Positions 51,617 through 62,380 of a stretch of 64,000 nt of DNA are shown here, one piece after another. The stretch is from Anaeromyxobacteraceae bacterium (GTDB lineage: Bacteria; Myxococcota; Myxococcia; Myxococcales; Anaeromyxobacteraceae). The DNA lies in NCBI GenBank assembly GCA_047602405.1, contig JASGHJ010000002.1, forward strand, positions 3,296,001 through 3,360,000, given 5' to 3'. The notes under the pieces were generated by a model that was not told where the DNA came from, did not search any database, and was given only the letters and a program-made list of their open reading frames with translations. The position numbers and the translations under genes are program-made. Every line of letters starts with the position of its first letter. The first letter of the stretch is position 1.

Positions 51617-52039
51617 TCACTCCGCGCGGAGCCAGAGGGTGAGCCCCTCGACCCGCTCCACCTTGCACCGCTGCCCCGCCCTGAGCGGGATGCCCGACGA
51701 GACGCGGGCCGTCCAGGGCGTCCCGCGCAGCTCGGCGCGCCCGTCCTGGCCCTCTCTGACGTCCTCGAGGAGCGTCGCGACCTCGCCCACGAGCTCCTGC
51801 ACGGGCGGCCCGGCGCGCCGGGCCAGCCACTCCTGGATGGGCTTGCGGACGGTGAGGACGAGGCCGATCGAGAGGACCGTGAAGGCGATCCACTGGACGA
51901 TCGCCGGCGCACCCAGGGCCGCGAGCAGCGAGGTCGCGATCGCGCCCGCCCCGAAGAACAGGGCGAACAGCCCCCCGGGCGTGAGCATCTCGAACACGAG
52001 CAGCGCGAGACCGACCAGGATCCAGAGCCACCAGGCCAT
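51617..52039 (-). CDS. NfeD family protein
   Basis: Three TM segments plus an OB-fold (GRAELRGTPWTA); upstream of the SPFH gene. Confidence 0.88.
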   Translation of the reverse strand: MAWWLWILVGLALLVFEMLTPGGLFALFFGAGAIATSLLAALGAPAIVQWIAFTVLSIGLVLTVRKPIQEWLARRAGPPVQELVGEVATLLEDVREGQDGRAELRGTPWTARVSSGIPLRAGQRCKVERVEGLTLWLRAE

Positions 52040-52166
52040 TCGAGCGTTCCCTCCCCGGGCGGGCTGCAACATACCACGCTGGACCCGCGCGCAGGCGGCC
52101 GGGCTCCCGCACGCACCGCGCCATGCGCACCTTGGGGCCCGGCTGCACACGCGGGAGGGAAGGCGA

Positions 52167-52670
52167 ATGGCGAGGAACACCAGCAGGACCACCACGGACC
52201 ACGAGGAGATCCGGCGGTGGGTCGAGGAGCGGGGCGGCACGCCGTCGGAGGTCGCCGCCACGGCGACGGAGGGCGACCCCGGGATCATCCGGATCGACTT
52301 CCCGGGCTACTCGGGCGAGGGGAAGCTCCAGCCCATCGGCTGGGACGACTGGTTCAGGAAGTTCGACGACTCCGGGCTCGCGTTCGTCTTCCAGGAGACC
52401 ACCGCCGAGGGCGAGCGGAGCAACTTCAACAAGCTCGTCTCGCGGGACACGGCGGCCGCGAAGTCGCGCAAGCGGGGCGGGGCGAGCACGGGCGCCCGCG
52501 GCGGCGCCGCGCGGCGGGGCGCGCGCACGAGCGGCCAGCGCGAGGCCGCCCGGACCACGGGCAAGCGGAAGGCCCCCCGGAAGCCGCCGGCCTCGCGGTC
52601 GGGCGGGAAGCGGGCGAAGCGCGGCGCGGGCGGCGCGAAGAAGCGCGGCCGCTCCCGCGGTCAGGCGTAG
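52167..52670 (+). CDS. Conserved hypothetical protein with a basic histone-like tail
   Basis: TTTDHEEIRRW.EERGG.P...FNKLVSR followed by a K/R/G/A-rich tail; GGAGG RBS. Confidence 0.85.
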   Translation: MARNTSRTTTDHEEIRRWVEERGGTPSEVAATATEGDPGIIRIDFPGYSGEGKLQPIGWDDWFRKFDDSGLAFVFQETTAEGERSNFNKLVSRDTAAAKSRKRGGASTGARGGAARRGARTSGQREAARTTGKRKAPRKPPASRSGGKRAKRGAGGAKKRGRSRGQA

Positions 52671-53545
52671 CGCCGGACGATCTCCGCGCAGAACGCGGCG
52701 AACGCCTCGGGCTCCCTCGGCGGACTCGTGTGGTCCGGCCGCACCCCGAGGTGCTCGGGCGTGAAGCAGCAGGTGGCGGTCACCTCGAACGGCTCGAGCG
52801 CCCGGGCGAGCCGGTCGAACCAGCGCTCGGAGTCGGGGCGGAACGCATCCGCCCAGCTCCAGCCGGTGCGCACCTGCCGCACGCCGAGCTCGCGCAGCCA
52901 GCGCACCCCCGCGTCGAGCCGCGGGTCCTCGAAGTGGAACCACTGGCAGACGCCGAGCGCAGGCGTGTGCTCGGCGAAGCGCCGGAGCGCGGGCTTCGGC
53001 GTCCCGTCCTCGCGCACGAGCCCCATGTAGAAGTGGCGGTAGTAGGAGGAGCCCTCGGCCTCGCGGTGGCGGGTGGTCGCCGGCCAGGCCCGCGGGAGGT
53101 CGAACAGGCTGTACCAGTGCACGCGCGGCGCGAGCCCGGCGAGGAGCTCGGCGGTGCGCACGAGGCCGAGCTCCTGGACCTCCTCCGCGCCGAACGAGGA
53201 CGCGCCCACCTCGGAGATCCAGACCGGCTTCTCGGTCGCGGCGGTGATCTCGGCGTAGCGCGACGGCCACTCGCGGAGCTGCCAGTGGTTCCAGTCGAGC
53301 GGGAAGCCGTGCACCGCCACGGCGTCCACCTCGTCGAGCCCGCCCTGCCGCTCGAGGAGCCCGAGGAAGCTCGCGTCGATGGGCGACATGCCCCCGAGGA
53401 CGCGGGTGAGGCCGGGCCGCTCGGCCCGCACGGCCGCGCCCGCGAGCCGGGCCATGCGGCTGAAGGTGGTCCACTCCGGATCGAGCTGGAAATCCCAGTG
53501 GGAGAGGTTGTTCGGTTCGTTCCAAATCATCACCGAGTCGATCAC
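52661..53545 (-). CDS. Glycoside hydrolase-like protein (beta-xylosidase-like, clan GH-A)
   Basis: WNEPNN acid/base and PVWISEVG nucleophile motifs. Confidence 0.82.
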   Translation of the reverse strand: MIDSVMIWNEPNNLSHWDFQLDPEWTTFSRMARLAGAAVRAERPGLTRVLGGMSPIDASFLGLLERQGGLDEVDAVAVHGFPLDWNHWQLREWPSRYAEITAATEKPVWISEVGASSFGAEEVQELGLVRTAELLAGLAPRVHWYSLFDLPRAWPATTRHREAEGSSYYRHFYMGLVREDGTPKPALRRFAEHTPALGVCQWFHFEDPRLDAGVRWLRELGVRQVRTGWSWADAFRPDSERWFDRLARALEPFEVTATCCFTPEHLGVRPDHTSPPREPEAFAAFCAEIVRRYA

Positions 53546-54264
53546 CCGAGACCCCCGTCGGCCACCGTGCAGACGTAGAGCTCGGTCCCCGGGATGGCGC
53601 GGGGCGCGAAGCCGGCGGATCGCAGCATGGCCTCCGCGCAGGCGCGGTTCGGGATCCACCAGTTGGTCTCGTCGGACGCGTAGCGGTGCTCGACGAAGTG
53701 GAGCTTCGGCCACGCCGGGTGGTCGAAGACGTCGCGCTCGGCGAACGGGTAGTCGGGCGCGGCGCCGAAGTGCCCCTCGCTGCCGCGCAGCATGCTCTGG
53801 AAGACGAGCAGGTCCCGGCAGGCGTGCGCGCGGAGGAGGTCGAGCGCGAGCAGCGGGTGGCGCAGGTGGTAGAGCACGCCCATGAACAGCACCACGTCGA
53901 AGCGCTCCTCGAGCCGGGCGACGTCGTAGACCGACAGCTCGTGGAGCTCGAGCGTGACCCCGCTCACCTCCGCGGCGAGCCGCGCCTGGGCGAGGTAGCG
54001 CGGGTCGTGATCGACGGAGACCACCCGCGCCGCGCCGCGGCGGGCGAGCTCGATCGAGAAGAAGCCGGCGTTGCAGCCCACGTCGAGCACCGTCTTCCCG
54101 GAGAGGTCGGCCGGCAGCGCCGGCGCGAGGAGCCGCCAGACGATGCGCGGGTAGTCGCCGAGGAAGTGCCCCGGCGCGGTCTCGACGCCGCCGAGGTCGA
54201 GGTTGTGGAACCACGGATCGAGCGCGCGCACCCGCGCCTCGAGCCCCTGCCGATCTCCCGTCAC
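53542..54264 (-). CDS. SAM-dependent methyltransferase (TIGR04290-like)
   Basis: WFHNLDL..V.TAP.HFLGDYP, VLDVGCNAG and GVLYHLRHPL motifs. Confidence 0.88.
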   Translation of the reverse strand: MTGDRQGLEARVRALDPWFHNLDLGGVETAPGHFLGDYPRIVWRLLAPALPADLSGKTVLDVGCNAGFFSIELARRGAARVVSVDHDPRYLAQARLAAEVSGVTLELHELSVYDVARLEERFDVVLFMGVLYHLRHPLLALDLLRAHACRDLLVFQSMLRGSEGHFGAAPDYPFAERDVFDHPAWPKLHFVEHRYASDETNWWIPNRACAEAMLRSAGFAPRAIPGTELYVCTVADGGLG

Positions 54265-55022
54265 GTGCCCGCCCCCCGCCCCTCGCCAGCCGCCTCGGGC
54301 TCCGCGTGCGCGCGCAGCGTGACGAGGGCCTCGTGCCAGCCGTGCAGGGTCCCCACGTCGACGTACGCCCGGCCCGCCCGCACGCCCCGCGCCTCGCCGC
54401 CCGCGTCGAGCCACGCGTTCACGAGCGTGCCCACGTACGCGTCCTCCTCGCCGCGGGCCCGCCAGAGCGCGTGCCACTCGGCGAGCACCGCGCCGGTGAG
54501 CTTGAAGCCGCCCCACACCCAGCACGTGGAGGGCCGCTCGGCCTTCACCTCGATCCGGTCGACGCGATCGCCCGGGCCGGTCACCACGGCGTCGAAGAGC
54601 TCGGGGTGCGCGACCGGGAAGAGGAGGAACGAGACCCCGGCGCCGAGCGCGGAGAAGCCGTCCTCGGGGAACCAGACCGTGTCGGGCAGGCCCACGAGCA
54701 GCTCGTCCGTGGGCGCCACGAACGGCAGCGCCCGGAAGAGCGCGTCGCACAGGCCCGCCGGGCGCGGCTGCACCGCGTAGCAGATGCGGGCGGACCCCGC
54801 GCTGCCGCCCCAGTACTCGACGATGTCCGACTTCCCCGGCGAGATGACGAAGCACAGCCGGTCCGCCCCGGCGCGCAGCATCCGCTCGACGAGGTACTCC
54901 GACACCGCGCGCGGCCGCTCCACGCCGTCCACCCAGCGGCTGCCCACGGGCAGGAGCTCCTTCGAGAACGCGAGCGGCTGGATCCGGCTCCCCGCCCCCG
55001 CCGCCGGCACGATCCCCCACAC
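54261..55022 (-). CDS. Sugar-phosphate nucleotidyltransferase family protein
   Basis: GIVPAAGAGSRIQPLAFSKELLPV. Confidence 0.88.
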   Translation of the reverse strand: MWGIVPAAGAGSRIQPLAFSKELLPVGSRWVDGVERPRAVSEYLVERMLRAGADRLCFVISPGKSDIVEYWGGSAGSARICYAVQPRPAGLCDALFRALPFVAPTDELLVGLPDTVWFPEDGFSALGAGVSFLLFPVAHPELFDAVVTGPGDRVDRIEVKAERPSTCWVWGGFKLTGAVLAEWHALWRARGEEDAYVGTLVNAWLDAGGEARGVRAGRAYVDVGTLHGWHEALVTLRAHAEPEAAGEGRGAGT

Positions 55023-55024
55023 GG

Positions 55025-56125
55025 CTAGACCACCTCCCCGCGGACGGCCTGCCGCGGCGCCGCCTCGCAGCTCGCGACGAGCGCGCGGGCCCGGGCGTCC
55101 GCGGTGTGCTCGGCGAGGAACCGCTCCCGCGCGCGCCGCCCCACGCGCGCGAGGGCCTCGCGCGGCATGGCCACCGCGGCGGCGGCCTCCTCCGGCCCGC
55201 GCGCGACGAGGATCTCCTCGCCCGGGGCGAAGAACGCCTCCACGCCCGGGAACGCGTCGGTGAGCACCGGCACGCCGCACCCCGCCGCCTCGAAGAGGCG
55301 CGGGCTCGGGCCGTGGCCCGCCGCGGCCATCTCGGGCCGGGTGACGTTCACGGTCAGCGGCGACGAGCAGAAGAACGCCGGGTGGAGCGCCGGCTCGAGG
55401 TGGCGGACCCAGCGCACGTTCGGCCGCCACGGGAACCCGTCCCCGTACATCGCGCCCGCGAGCACGAAGGTCCGCGCCGGCAGGCGATCCGCCGGGGCGA
55501 GGAACAGGGCCTCGAGTCCGGGCTGTCGCTCCGGCGCGTACGTGCCGAGGTAGGAGCAGTCCCCGCGGAACGCCCCCTCCGCCGGCGCGGGCCGGTGCAC
55601 CGCGGGGTCGGCGAACCCGCAGAGCGCGGCCGTGCGCCGGGCGCCGAGCCGATCCTTCAGCACCTCGAGCGCGCGCCCCGCCGTGAACGAGAGGACGAGG
55701 TCGAACCCGCCCAGGCCACCCGGCGGCAGCCACGGGACCGGCTCGCCGGCCTCGAGCCGCGCGAGCGTCACGCCCGTGTCGAGGTCGTAGAAGCAGCGCA
55801 CCGGCCGGGGCGCCTCGAGGACGAGCGCGGAGGCGAGCGCGGCGTCGGGGCAGTACGACGTCACGATCGCGACGTCGGCCTCGGCGACGACCCTCGCGGC
55901 CTCGGCGTGGATCCCCTCGAGCCCGGCGTGCAGGCGCAGCGTGCCGCCCGGGAGCTCCGTGAGGTCGCGGTGGCTCGCGTACCAGGGCACGTCGCGCTCG
56001 AAGAAGGTGAGGTGGTGGCCGAGCCGCGCGAGGGCAGCCGCGAGCCCCCGCCAGAGCGTGGCGTGGCCGTTTCCCCAGGTCGAGCTCGCGGTGAGCCCGA
56101 AGGCGACGAGGTGGAGGCCGCGCAC
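55025..56125 (-). CDS. CgeB-family glycosyltransferase
   Basis: SS.WGNGHAT.WRGL, FYDLDT, YLGTY and PS.RLFEAA.CG motifs. Confidence 0.88.
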   Translation of the reverse strand: MRGLHLVAFGLTASSTWGNGHATLWRGLAAALARLGHHLTFFERDVPWYASHRDLTELPGGTLRLHAGLEGIHAEAARVVAEADVAIVTSYCPDAALASALVLEAPRPVRCFYDLDTGVTLARLEAGEPVPWLPPGGLGGFDLVLSFTAGRALEVLKDRLGARRTAALCGFADPAVHRPAPAEGAFRGDCSYLGTYAPERQPGLEALFLAPADRLPARTFVLAGAMYGDGFPWRPNVRWVRHLEPALHPAFFCSSPLTVNVTRPEMAAAGHGPSPRLFEAAGCGVPVLTDAFPGVEAFFAPGEEILVARGPEEAAAAVAMPREALARVGRRARERFLAEHTADARARALVASCEAAPRQAVRGEVV

Positions 56126-56337
56126 GCACGAAGGTAGGCCTCGCCCGCGCCCACGGCAGGGGGCCGGGCGTCGGCGGACGGGCCCGTCCCGGACGGGCAT
56201 CCCGCGATCCGGCGACGTACGGGACGGGCGCGCCGCCGCTTGCTCGGGGCCCGGACCGCCGCTAGGGTCAACAGACGCTCCCCCTGCGGCCTCATCCCTT
56301 CAACCGTCGTGTGCGACGGACGCTTCGAGGTCTCCCC

Positions 56338-59300
56338 ATGCATCGTCGTCTCGCGGTCGCCTCCCTCTCGCTCGCCCTCGCCGTGGCCTGCGGCAGCCCG
56401 CCGGCGCCTTCGGCCCCGTCGCCCCGGCTCCCCAGCGTGAGCGATGGGGCCGCCCCCGCCCGGCCCGGGAACTTCGTCGTGCGGGCCACCGAGCGCCGCG
56501 AGCGCCAGGCCTCCTCGTTCCGGTGGGCGTCCGGCGAGGCCCCCGTCGCCGCCGCCTCCGCGCGCGCCGCCCTCGTCGCACGCGGCCCGGCCGCGCTGGC
56601 CCGCGCCCACCTCGGCGCGCTCGCCGGGGCGCAGGGGCTCTCCGCGGAGGACCTCGCGACGGCGGAGACCGCCGCGGTCCACGACACCGGCGCGGGCGCG
56701 ATCATCGTGCGGTTCAGGCAGCGCATCGGCGGCGTCGAGGTGCTGGGCGGCGGCGCCGCGGTGGCGATGGACCGCGCGGGCGCGCTCGTCGCCACCACCG
56801 GCGAGCTCGCCCCGGTCCGCGAGGTCCCGGAGGGCGCCGCGTTCACGCTCGGCGCCGCCGAGGCCGTGGGCCTCGCGCTGACCGACGTCTCCGGCCAGGC
56901 CTACGCGGCCGGCGACCTCGTCGCGGGCCCGGCCCGCGGCGGCTACGACACGTTCGGCCTGCGCGCCGAGACCGCGGGCGCCCGCGCGGTGAGCTTCAGC
57001 CGCGACGCGCGCGCGAAGCAGGTCTGGTTCCGCCTGGCCGGCGGGCTCGAGCCGGCCTGGTACGTCGAGATCGGGCTGCGCCCCGCCGGCGCGCGGGTCC
57101 CGCTCGAGTACGGCTACGTCCTCTCGGCGCGCAGCGGCCGCCTGCTCCTGCGCAAGGACCAGGTCGTCCACGCCGCGTTCACGTACCGGGTCTTCGCGTC
57201 GCCCACGTCGCCGTACACCCCGTACGACGGCCCGCAGGGCTTCGCGGGCTCGCCGCACCCGTCCGGCGTGCCGGACGGCTTCACGCCCCCGTACGTCTCC
57301 CCCGAGGACATCAGCATCCAGAACGCGCCGTTCTCGAGGAACGACCCCTGGCTCGCCGCCGGCGCCACCGAGACGACCGGCAACAACGTCGACGCCTACG
57401 CCGACCTCGTGGCCGACCAGAACAACGGGTTCACGACGGGCGACGTGCGCGGCGCCGTCTCCTCGGCCGGGAAGTTCCAGTACACCTACGACCTCGCCGG
57501 CGAGCCGAGCGTCGCGGCGAGCCGGCAGGCGGCGATCGTCCAGCTGTTCTACGTGAACAACTGGCTGCACGACTGGTACTACGACGCGGGCTTCGCCGAG
57601 GTGGACGGCAACGCCCAGGCCGTGAACTACGGGCGCGGCGGCGCCGACGGCGACGCGCTCGTGGCCCAGGCGCAGGACGTCGGCGGCACCGACAACGCCA
57701 ACATGGCGACCCCCTCGGACGGCGCCTCGCCGCGCATGCAGATGTACCTGTGGATCACCCCCACGCCGCAGTTCGTGAAGGTGAACTCGCCCGCCTCGGC
57801 GCAGCTCCAGGCGGCCGCCGGGGTCGCGAACGAGTTCGGCCCCCAGTCGTTCGACCTCACCGGGGACCTCGTGGCGGCCGTCAACGGCACGAAGGCCGAC
57901 GGCTGCACGGCGCTCACGAACGCCGCGGCGGTGAAGGGGAAGATCGCGCTCGTCGACCGCGGCAACTGCACCTTCGTCGTGAAGGCCAAGACCGCCCAGG
58001 ACGCGGGCGCCGTCGGCGTGATCATCCGCAACGTGAACGACTCGCAGGCGCTCAACAACATGGCGAGCGACAACACGCCCGCGGCGGCGTTGATCACGAT
58101 CCCCCCGATGCTCATCGGCCAGGCCGCGGGCAAGACCATCGGCGACGCCGTCGCCGCGGGGACGGTCAACGTCACGATGACGCGCACGAAGGCGCCGCTC
58201 CGGGACGGCGACCTCGACACCTCGATCGTCGCCCACGAGTGGGGCCACTACATCGCGCACCGGCTGGTGCACGACTCGACCGGCCTCAACAGCGACCAGG
58301 CGAACGGCATGGGCGAGGGCTGGTCCGACTTCCACGCGCTCCTCCTGATGGTGCGTGACGAGGACCGCAACGTCCCCGCGAACCAGAACTTCTCCGGCGT
58401 CTACGGGGTGGGCGCCTACGCGACCGGCGGGTTCGCCGCCGCGGGCGGCCCGAACGACTCGTACTACTTCGCCATCCGCCGGGTGCCCTACTCGACCGAC
58501 ATGACGAAGAACCCGCTCTCCTTCCGGCACATCCAGGACGGCGTCGAGCTCGTCCCGGCGGGCTCCACCATCCCCATCGCCTTCGGCCGCGACGGCTCCC
58601 TCAACTCGGAGGTCCACGACGCCGGCGAGGTGTGGGCGACGATGCTCTGGGAGTGCTACGCGTCGCTCCTGCGCGACGGCCGGCTGACCTTCGCGCAGGC
58701 CCAGGACCGCATGAAGCGGTACCTCGTGGCCCACTACAAGCTGCTCCCCTTCGACCCGACCTTCCTCGAGGCGCGCGACGCCCTCCTCGCGGTCGCGCTC
58801 GCCGAGGACCCGGCCGACTTCACCGCGTTCCACGCCGCCTTCGCGAAGCGCGGCGCCGGCATCGGCGCCGTGGGGCCGGACCGCTACGCGGCGGGCAACC
58901 AGGGGGTGGTGGAGAGCACGCTCACCGGCCCGCTCCTCACCGCCGCCGGCGAGGCGTCGGTCGGCGTCATCGATCCCGGCGCGTGCAACGACGGCGACGG
59001 GATCCTCGACAACGGCGAGACCGGCACGGTCTCGGTGACCCTCGACAACGTGGGCACCACCGATCTCGCGGCGGTCACCGCGACGCTCTCGACCACGGCG
59101 CCCGACAAGGTCTCGTTCCCGGCGGGCACGTCGGTCGCGGTCGGCGGCACGGTGCCGCTCGTCGCGCACGGCGGAGGCCAGCCGAGCACGGTCGTCACCT
59201 TCAAGCTCGCCATCGCGCACGCGGCCCGCGCCGAGGTGGTGCCGCTCACCCTCACCTTCCCGGCGGGCTACCTCACCGAGAACCGCACGGTGGCCGTGAA

Positions 59301-60628
59301 CCTGCGCGTCAACTACGACCAGGCCGCCGCGGTCAGCGCCACCGACGACTTCGAGTCGTCGCTCCAGGCCTGGACGACCGCGGCGCCGAACGGCGCCTCG
59401 CCGTGGACGCGGGTCGCGCTCGACGCCGGGCGGCACGTGATGCACGGCCCCGACGCGGGCCTGCCCCAGGAGACGAGCCTCGTCTCGCCCTCCATCGCGC
59501 TCGGGAACACGGCGGCGACCGTCACCCTGCACCAGCGCTACGCCTTCGAGGGGGACGCGGCGACGGCCTGGTTCGACGGCGCGGTCGTGGAGCTGTCGCA
59601 GGACGGCGGCGCCACCTGGGCCGACCTCGGCGCCGCGGTGAAGTACGGGACCTCGCCCGCGTACGGCGGCGCCCTCTCCAACAACCAGAGCCAGAACCCG
59701 CTCGCGGGCAAGCAGGCCCTCGTGGGCACGAGCCCCGGGTACCCCGCGTTCAGCGCGCTCACGCTCGACCTCGGCACCGCCTACGCGGGCAAGACGGTGA
59801 AGCTGCGCCTGCGCGTCGGCTCCGACGAGCTCGTCGGCGCCGCCGGCTGGGACATCGACGACGTGGTCGTCACCGGCGCCACCAACACGCCGTTCCCGGC
59901 GATCCAGCCCGACGCGCTCGTCTGCGCCGCCGCCGGCGGCGTCGCCGCCAGCGCGGGCGGCGCCCAGATCGCCGCCGAGAACACGCTCGTCACGCTCGAC
60001 GCCTCGGGCTCCGCCTCGGAGGACCCGTCGAAGGCGCTGACCTACGCCTGGACCCAGCTCGGCTCGCCCACCGTCTCGCTCTCGAGCACCACGGCGGCGA
60101 AGCCGACCTTCACGGCCCCGGAGGTCGCGGCCGACACCACCCTCACCTTCCAGGTGACGGTCTCGGACGGCGCGAGCGCCCCGAGCTCCGCCCAGACGAC
60201 GGTGAAGGTGCTCAACGTCAACAAGCCGCCCGTCGCGAGCGCCGGCGCCAACCAGTCGGTGAAGGGCGGCGACCTCGTGCACCTCGACGCCACCGCCTCG
60301 ACCGACGCCGACCCCGGCACCACCCTCACCTACGAGTGGACCCAGAATCTCCGGGGTGGCCGTCTCGCTCCTCGACGCCAACACCGCCACCGCCTCGTTC
60401 AACGCGCCCACCCTGCAGAACGCGGTCACCACGCAGTTCCGGGTGACGGTCTCCGACGGCGCGGCCACCTCGATCGCCAACACGATCGTCACCATCTCGC
60501 CGGCCGGCGGCGGCTCGGGCTCCACCACGAAGAAGGGCGGGTGCGGCACGGCCGGGGCGGCCGGTCCGCTCGCGCTCCTCGCGATCGCGTTCCTCCGGCG
60601 CCGGCGGTCCGCCGCCGGCGCGCGGTAG
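56338..60628 (+). CDS. M36 (fungalysin) metallopeptidase with PA domain, PKD-like repeats and MYXO-CTERM-type tail (apparent +1 frameshift at 60346)
   Basis: AHEWGH...MGEGWSD zinc motif, KIALVDRGNCTF..K PA domain, and KKGGCG..hydrophobic..RRRR C-terminus. Confidence 0.9.
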
Positions 60629-60967
60629 TCACTCGCGCTTCCGGGCCGAGGACTCGGGCTGCGACCAGCCCGCGTCCTCGCGCCGGTCCGCCTCGCCGCC
60701 GGGCGAGAGCTCGTCCTCCCCGCCCGCCTGCCGGGCGGGCGCCGTGGGGTCGGCGCCACCGCCGGACGCCTCCCGGGCCCGGCGCGCGCCCAGGCTCTCG
60801 TCCTCGCCTGCCCCCTCGGCGCCGCCCCGGGGCGGCTCGACCGGGATGTCGCCCTCCATCATCCCGGCCTCGGCGTCGGTCGTCCCCTGGCGATCGGGCT
60901 CCGCGCCCTCGCTCGAATCCGCCGTGTGCTTCCTGGCCTCGTCCCCGGGCTCCCTCGGCTCGCTCAT
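60629..60967 (-). CDS. Acidic low-complexity hypothetical protein
   Basis: Fills the gap; C-terminal WSQPESSARKRE. Confidence 0.6.
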   Translation of the reverse strand: MSEPREPGDEARKHTADSSEGAEPDRQGTTDAEAGMMEGDIPVEPPRGGAEGAGEDESLGARRAREASGGGADPTAPARQAGGEDELSPGGEADRREDAGWSQPESSARKRE

Positions 60968-60983
60968 GCCAGAAGGATGCGCA

Positions 60984-62291
60984 TCACCCGAGGGCGAGCG
61001 CGAGGGCCCCCGCGGCCAGCGCGGCCCCCTGCGCGGCCGCCACGCGGCGGCCGAACGGCCACCCGCCCGCGACCGCGGCCATCACCGCCTTGACGAGGGT
61101 GTTCGAGGCCACGCCGAGCAGGATGGTCACCGCGGCGACGCGCTCCCCCACGGAGGTGCGGGCGAGGTCGGCCATCGAGAGGGTGATCGCGTCCACGTCG
61201 GTGGCGCCGGCGAGGAGGCCGGCGGCGTAGGTCCCGCCCGCGCCGAGGTAGGTCGCCGCGCCCTTCGAGACGAGGAGCACGAGGCCGAACAGGAGCGCGA
61301 AGCGGAGCGCCGAGCCGAGCTCGAAGGGGTTCGCGACGGCGAGCGCGCCGCCGTGCGCGGCGCCGTCGCGGGGTCCGCCCGGCACCTGCCCACCGCGCGC
61401 GCGCAGCCACAGGAGGAGCGCCGCCAGGGCCGCGGCGCAGGCCGCCGCGGCGAGCGGGGGCGCGACCGCGCCGAGGAGCGCCGGGTTCGCGATCGCGACG
61501 AGCACGATGACGCGCGCGAACATCACCGTCGAGGCGAGCACCACCGCCACCGAGGCAGGCCCGGCGAGCGCCGGCGTCTCCCTGGCCCGGCCCGCCATCG
61601 AGAGCGTCACCGCCGTCGAGGACACGAGCCCGCCCACGAAGCCGGTGAGGCCGAGCCCCCGCTCGGGCCCGAGCAGGCGCACCGCGGCGTAGCCCGCGAA
61701 GGAGAGCGCGGAGATGAGGACCAGGAGCGCGCCGATCTTGAAGGGGTTGAGGACGTCGAGCGGCCCGAAGGTGCGGTCGGGGAGGAGCGGCAGGAGCACC
61801 ACCGCCACGATGAGGAAGCGCATCGCGGCCGCGAGATCCGCGGACGAGATCCGGCCGACGAGCGGGTGCAGCGCCGGCTTCGCCGACAGGATCGCGGCGG
61901 CGACCACCGCCGCCCCGGCCACCACGAAGACCCGGGCCGAGAGCGGCTGGAGGACGTCCTCCGCCGCGGCGACGACGCCGAGCGAGAAGGTGACCAGGAA
62001 CGCCACCTCGGAGGTGATGCCGCGGTGCCGGTCGCGCCAGACGTCCCCCGCGTAGTTCGTGCCGAGCCAGAGCACGAGCGCGAGGAACGGGATGGCGACC
62101 ATCACCGGCCCGTGCTGCCGGGCGCCGAGGCTCGCGAGCGCCCCGGCGAGCGCGAGCAGGGGGTGGGTGCGGGCGCCGCCCACGAAGGACGTCGCGTCGG
62201 ACGGGTCGCGGGAGCGCTCCCGCTCGAGGCCGATGAGGAAGCCGGCGGCGAGGGCGAGGCCGAGCGCGGCGAAGGGCTCGAGGGGCAGCAT
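60984..62291 (-). CDS. MgtC/SapB family membrane protein (DUF4010)
   Basis: GFLIGLERE, GITSEVA, GGLVSSTAVT, NPFEL and DVDAIT motifs. Confidence 0.9.
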   Translation of the reverse strand: MLPLEPFAALGLALAAGFLIGLERERSRDPSDATSFVGGARTHPLLALAGALASLGARQHGPVMVAIPFLALVLWLGTNYAGDVWRDRHRGITSEVAFLVTFSLGVVAAAEDVLQPLSARVFVVAGAAVVAAAILSAKPALHPLVGRISSADLAAAMRFLIVAVVLLPLLPDRTFGPLDVLNPFKIGALLVLISALSFAGYAAVRLLGPERGLGLTGFVGGLVSSTAVTLSMAGRARETPALAGPASVAVVLASTVMFARVIVLVAIANPALLGAVAPPLAAAACAAALAALLLWLRARGGQVPGGPRDGAAHGGALAVANPFELGSALRFALLFGLVLLVSKGAATYLGAGGTYAAGLLAGATDVDAITLSMADLARTSVGERVAAVTILLGVASNTLVKAVMAAVAGGWPFGRRVAAAQGAALAAGALALALG

Positions 62292-62380
62292 GCCCTGCGA
62301 TGCTACGCCCGCCCGTCCCCCACCGCAGCGTCGAAGTTCCACCCGGGGGCCGCGCGCCGCGGCGTGCACATCGTGGGCGG

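Noticed and set aside
56311..61230. 1639-aa M36 ORF and its 1632-aa antisense ORF
   Set aside because: The true C-terminus ends at 60628 after frameshift correction. The antisense ORF is a stop-poor shadow typical of high-GC DNA, like most long Arg/Pro/Gly-rich ORFs in the track.
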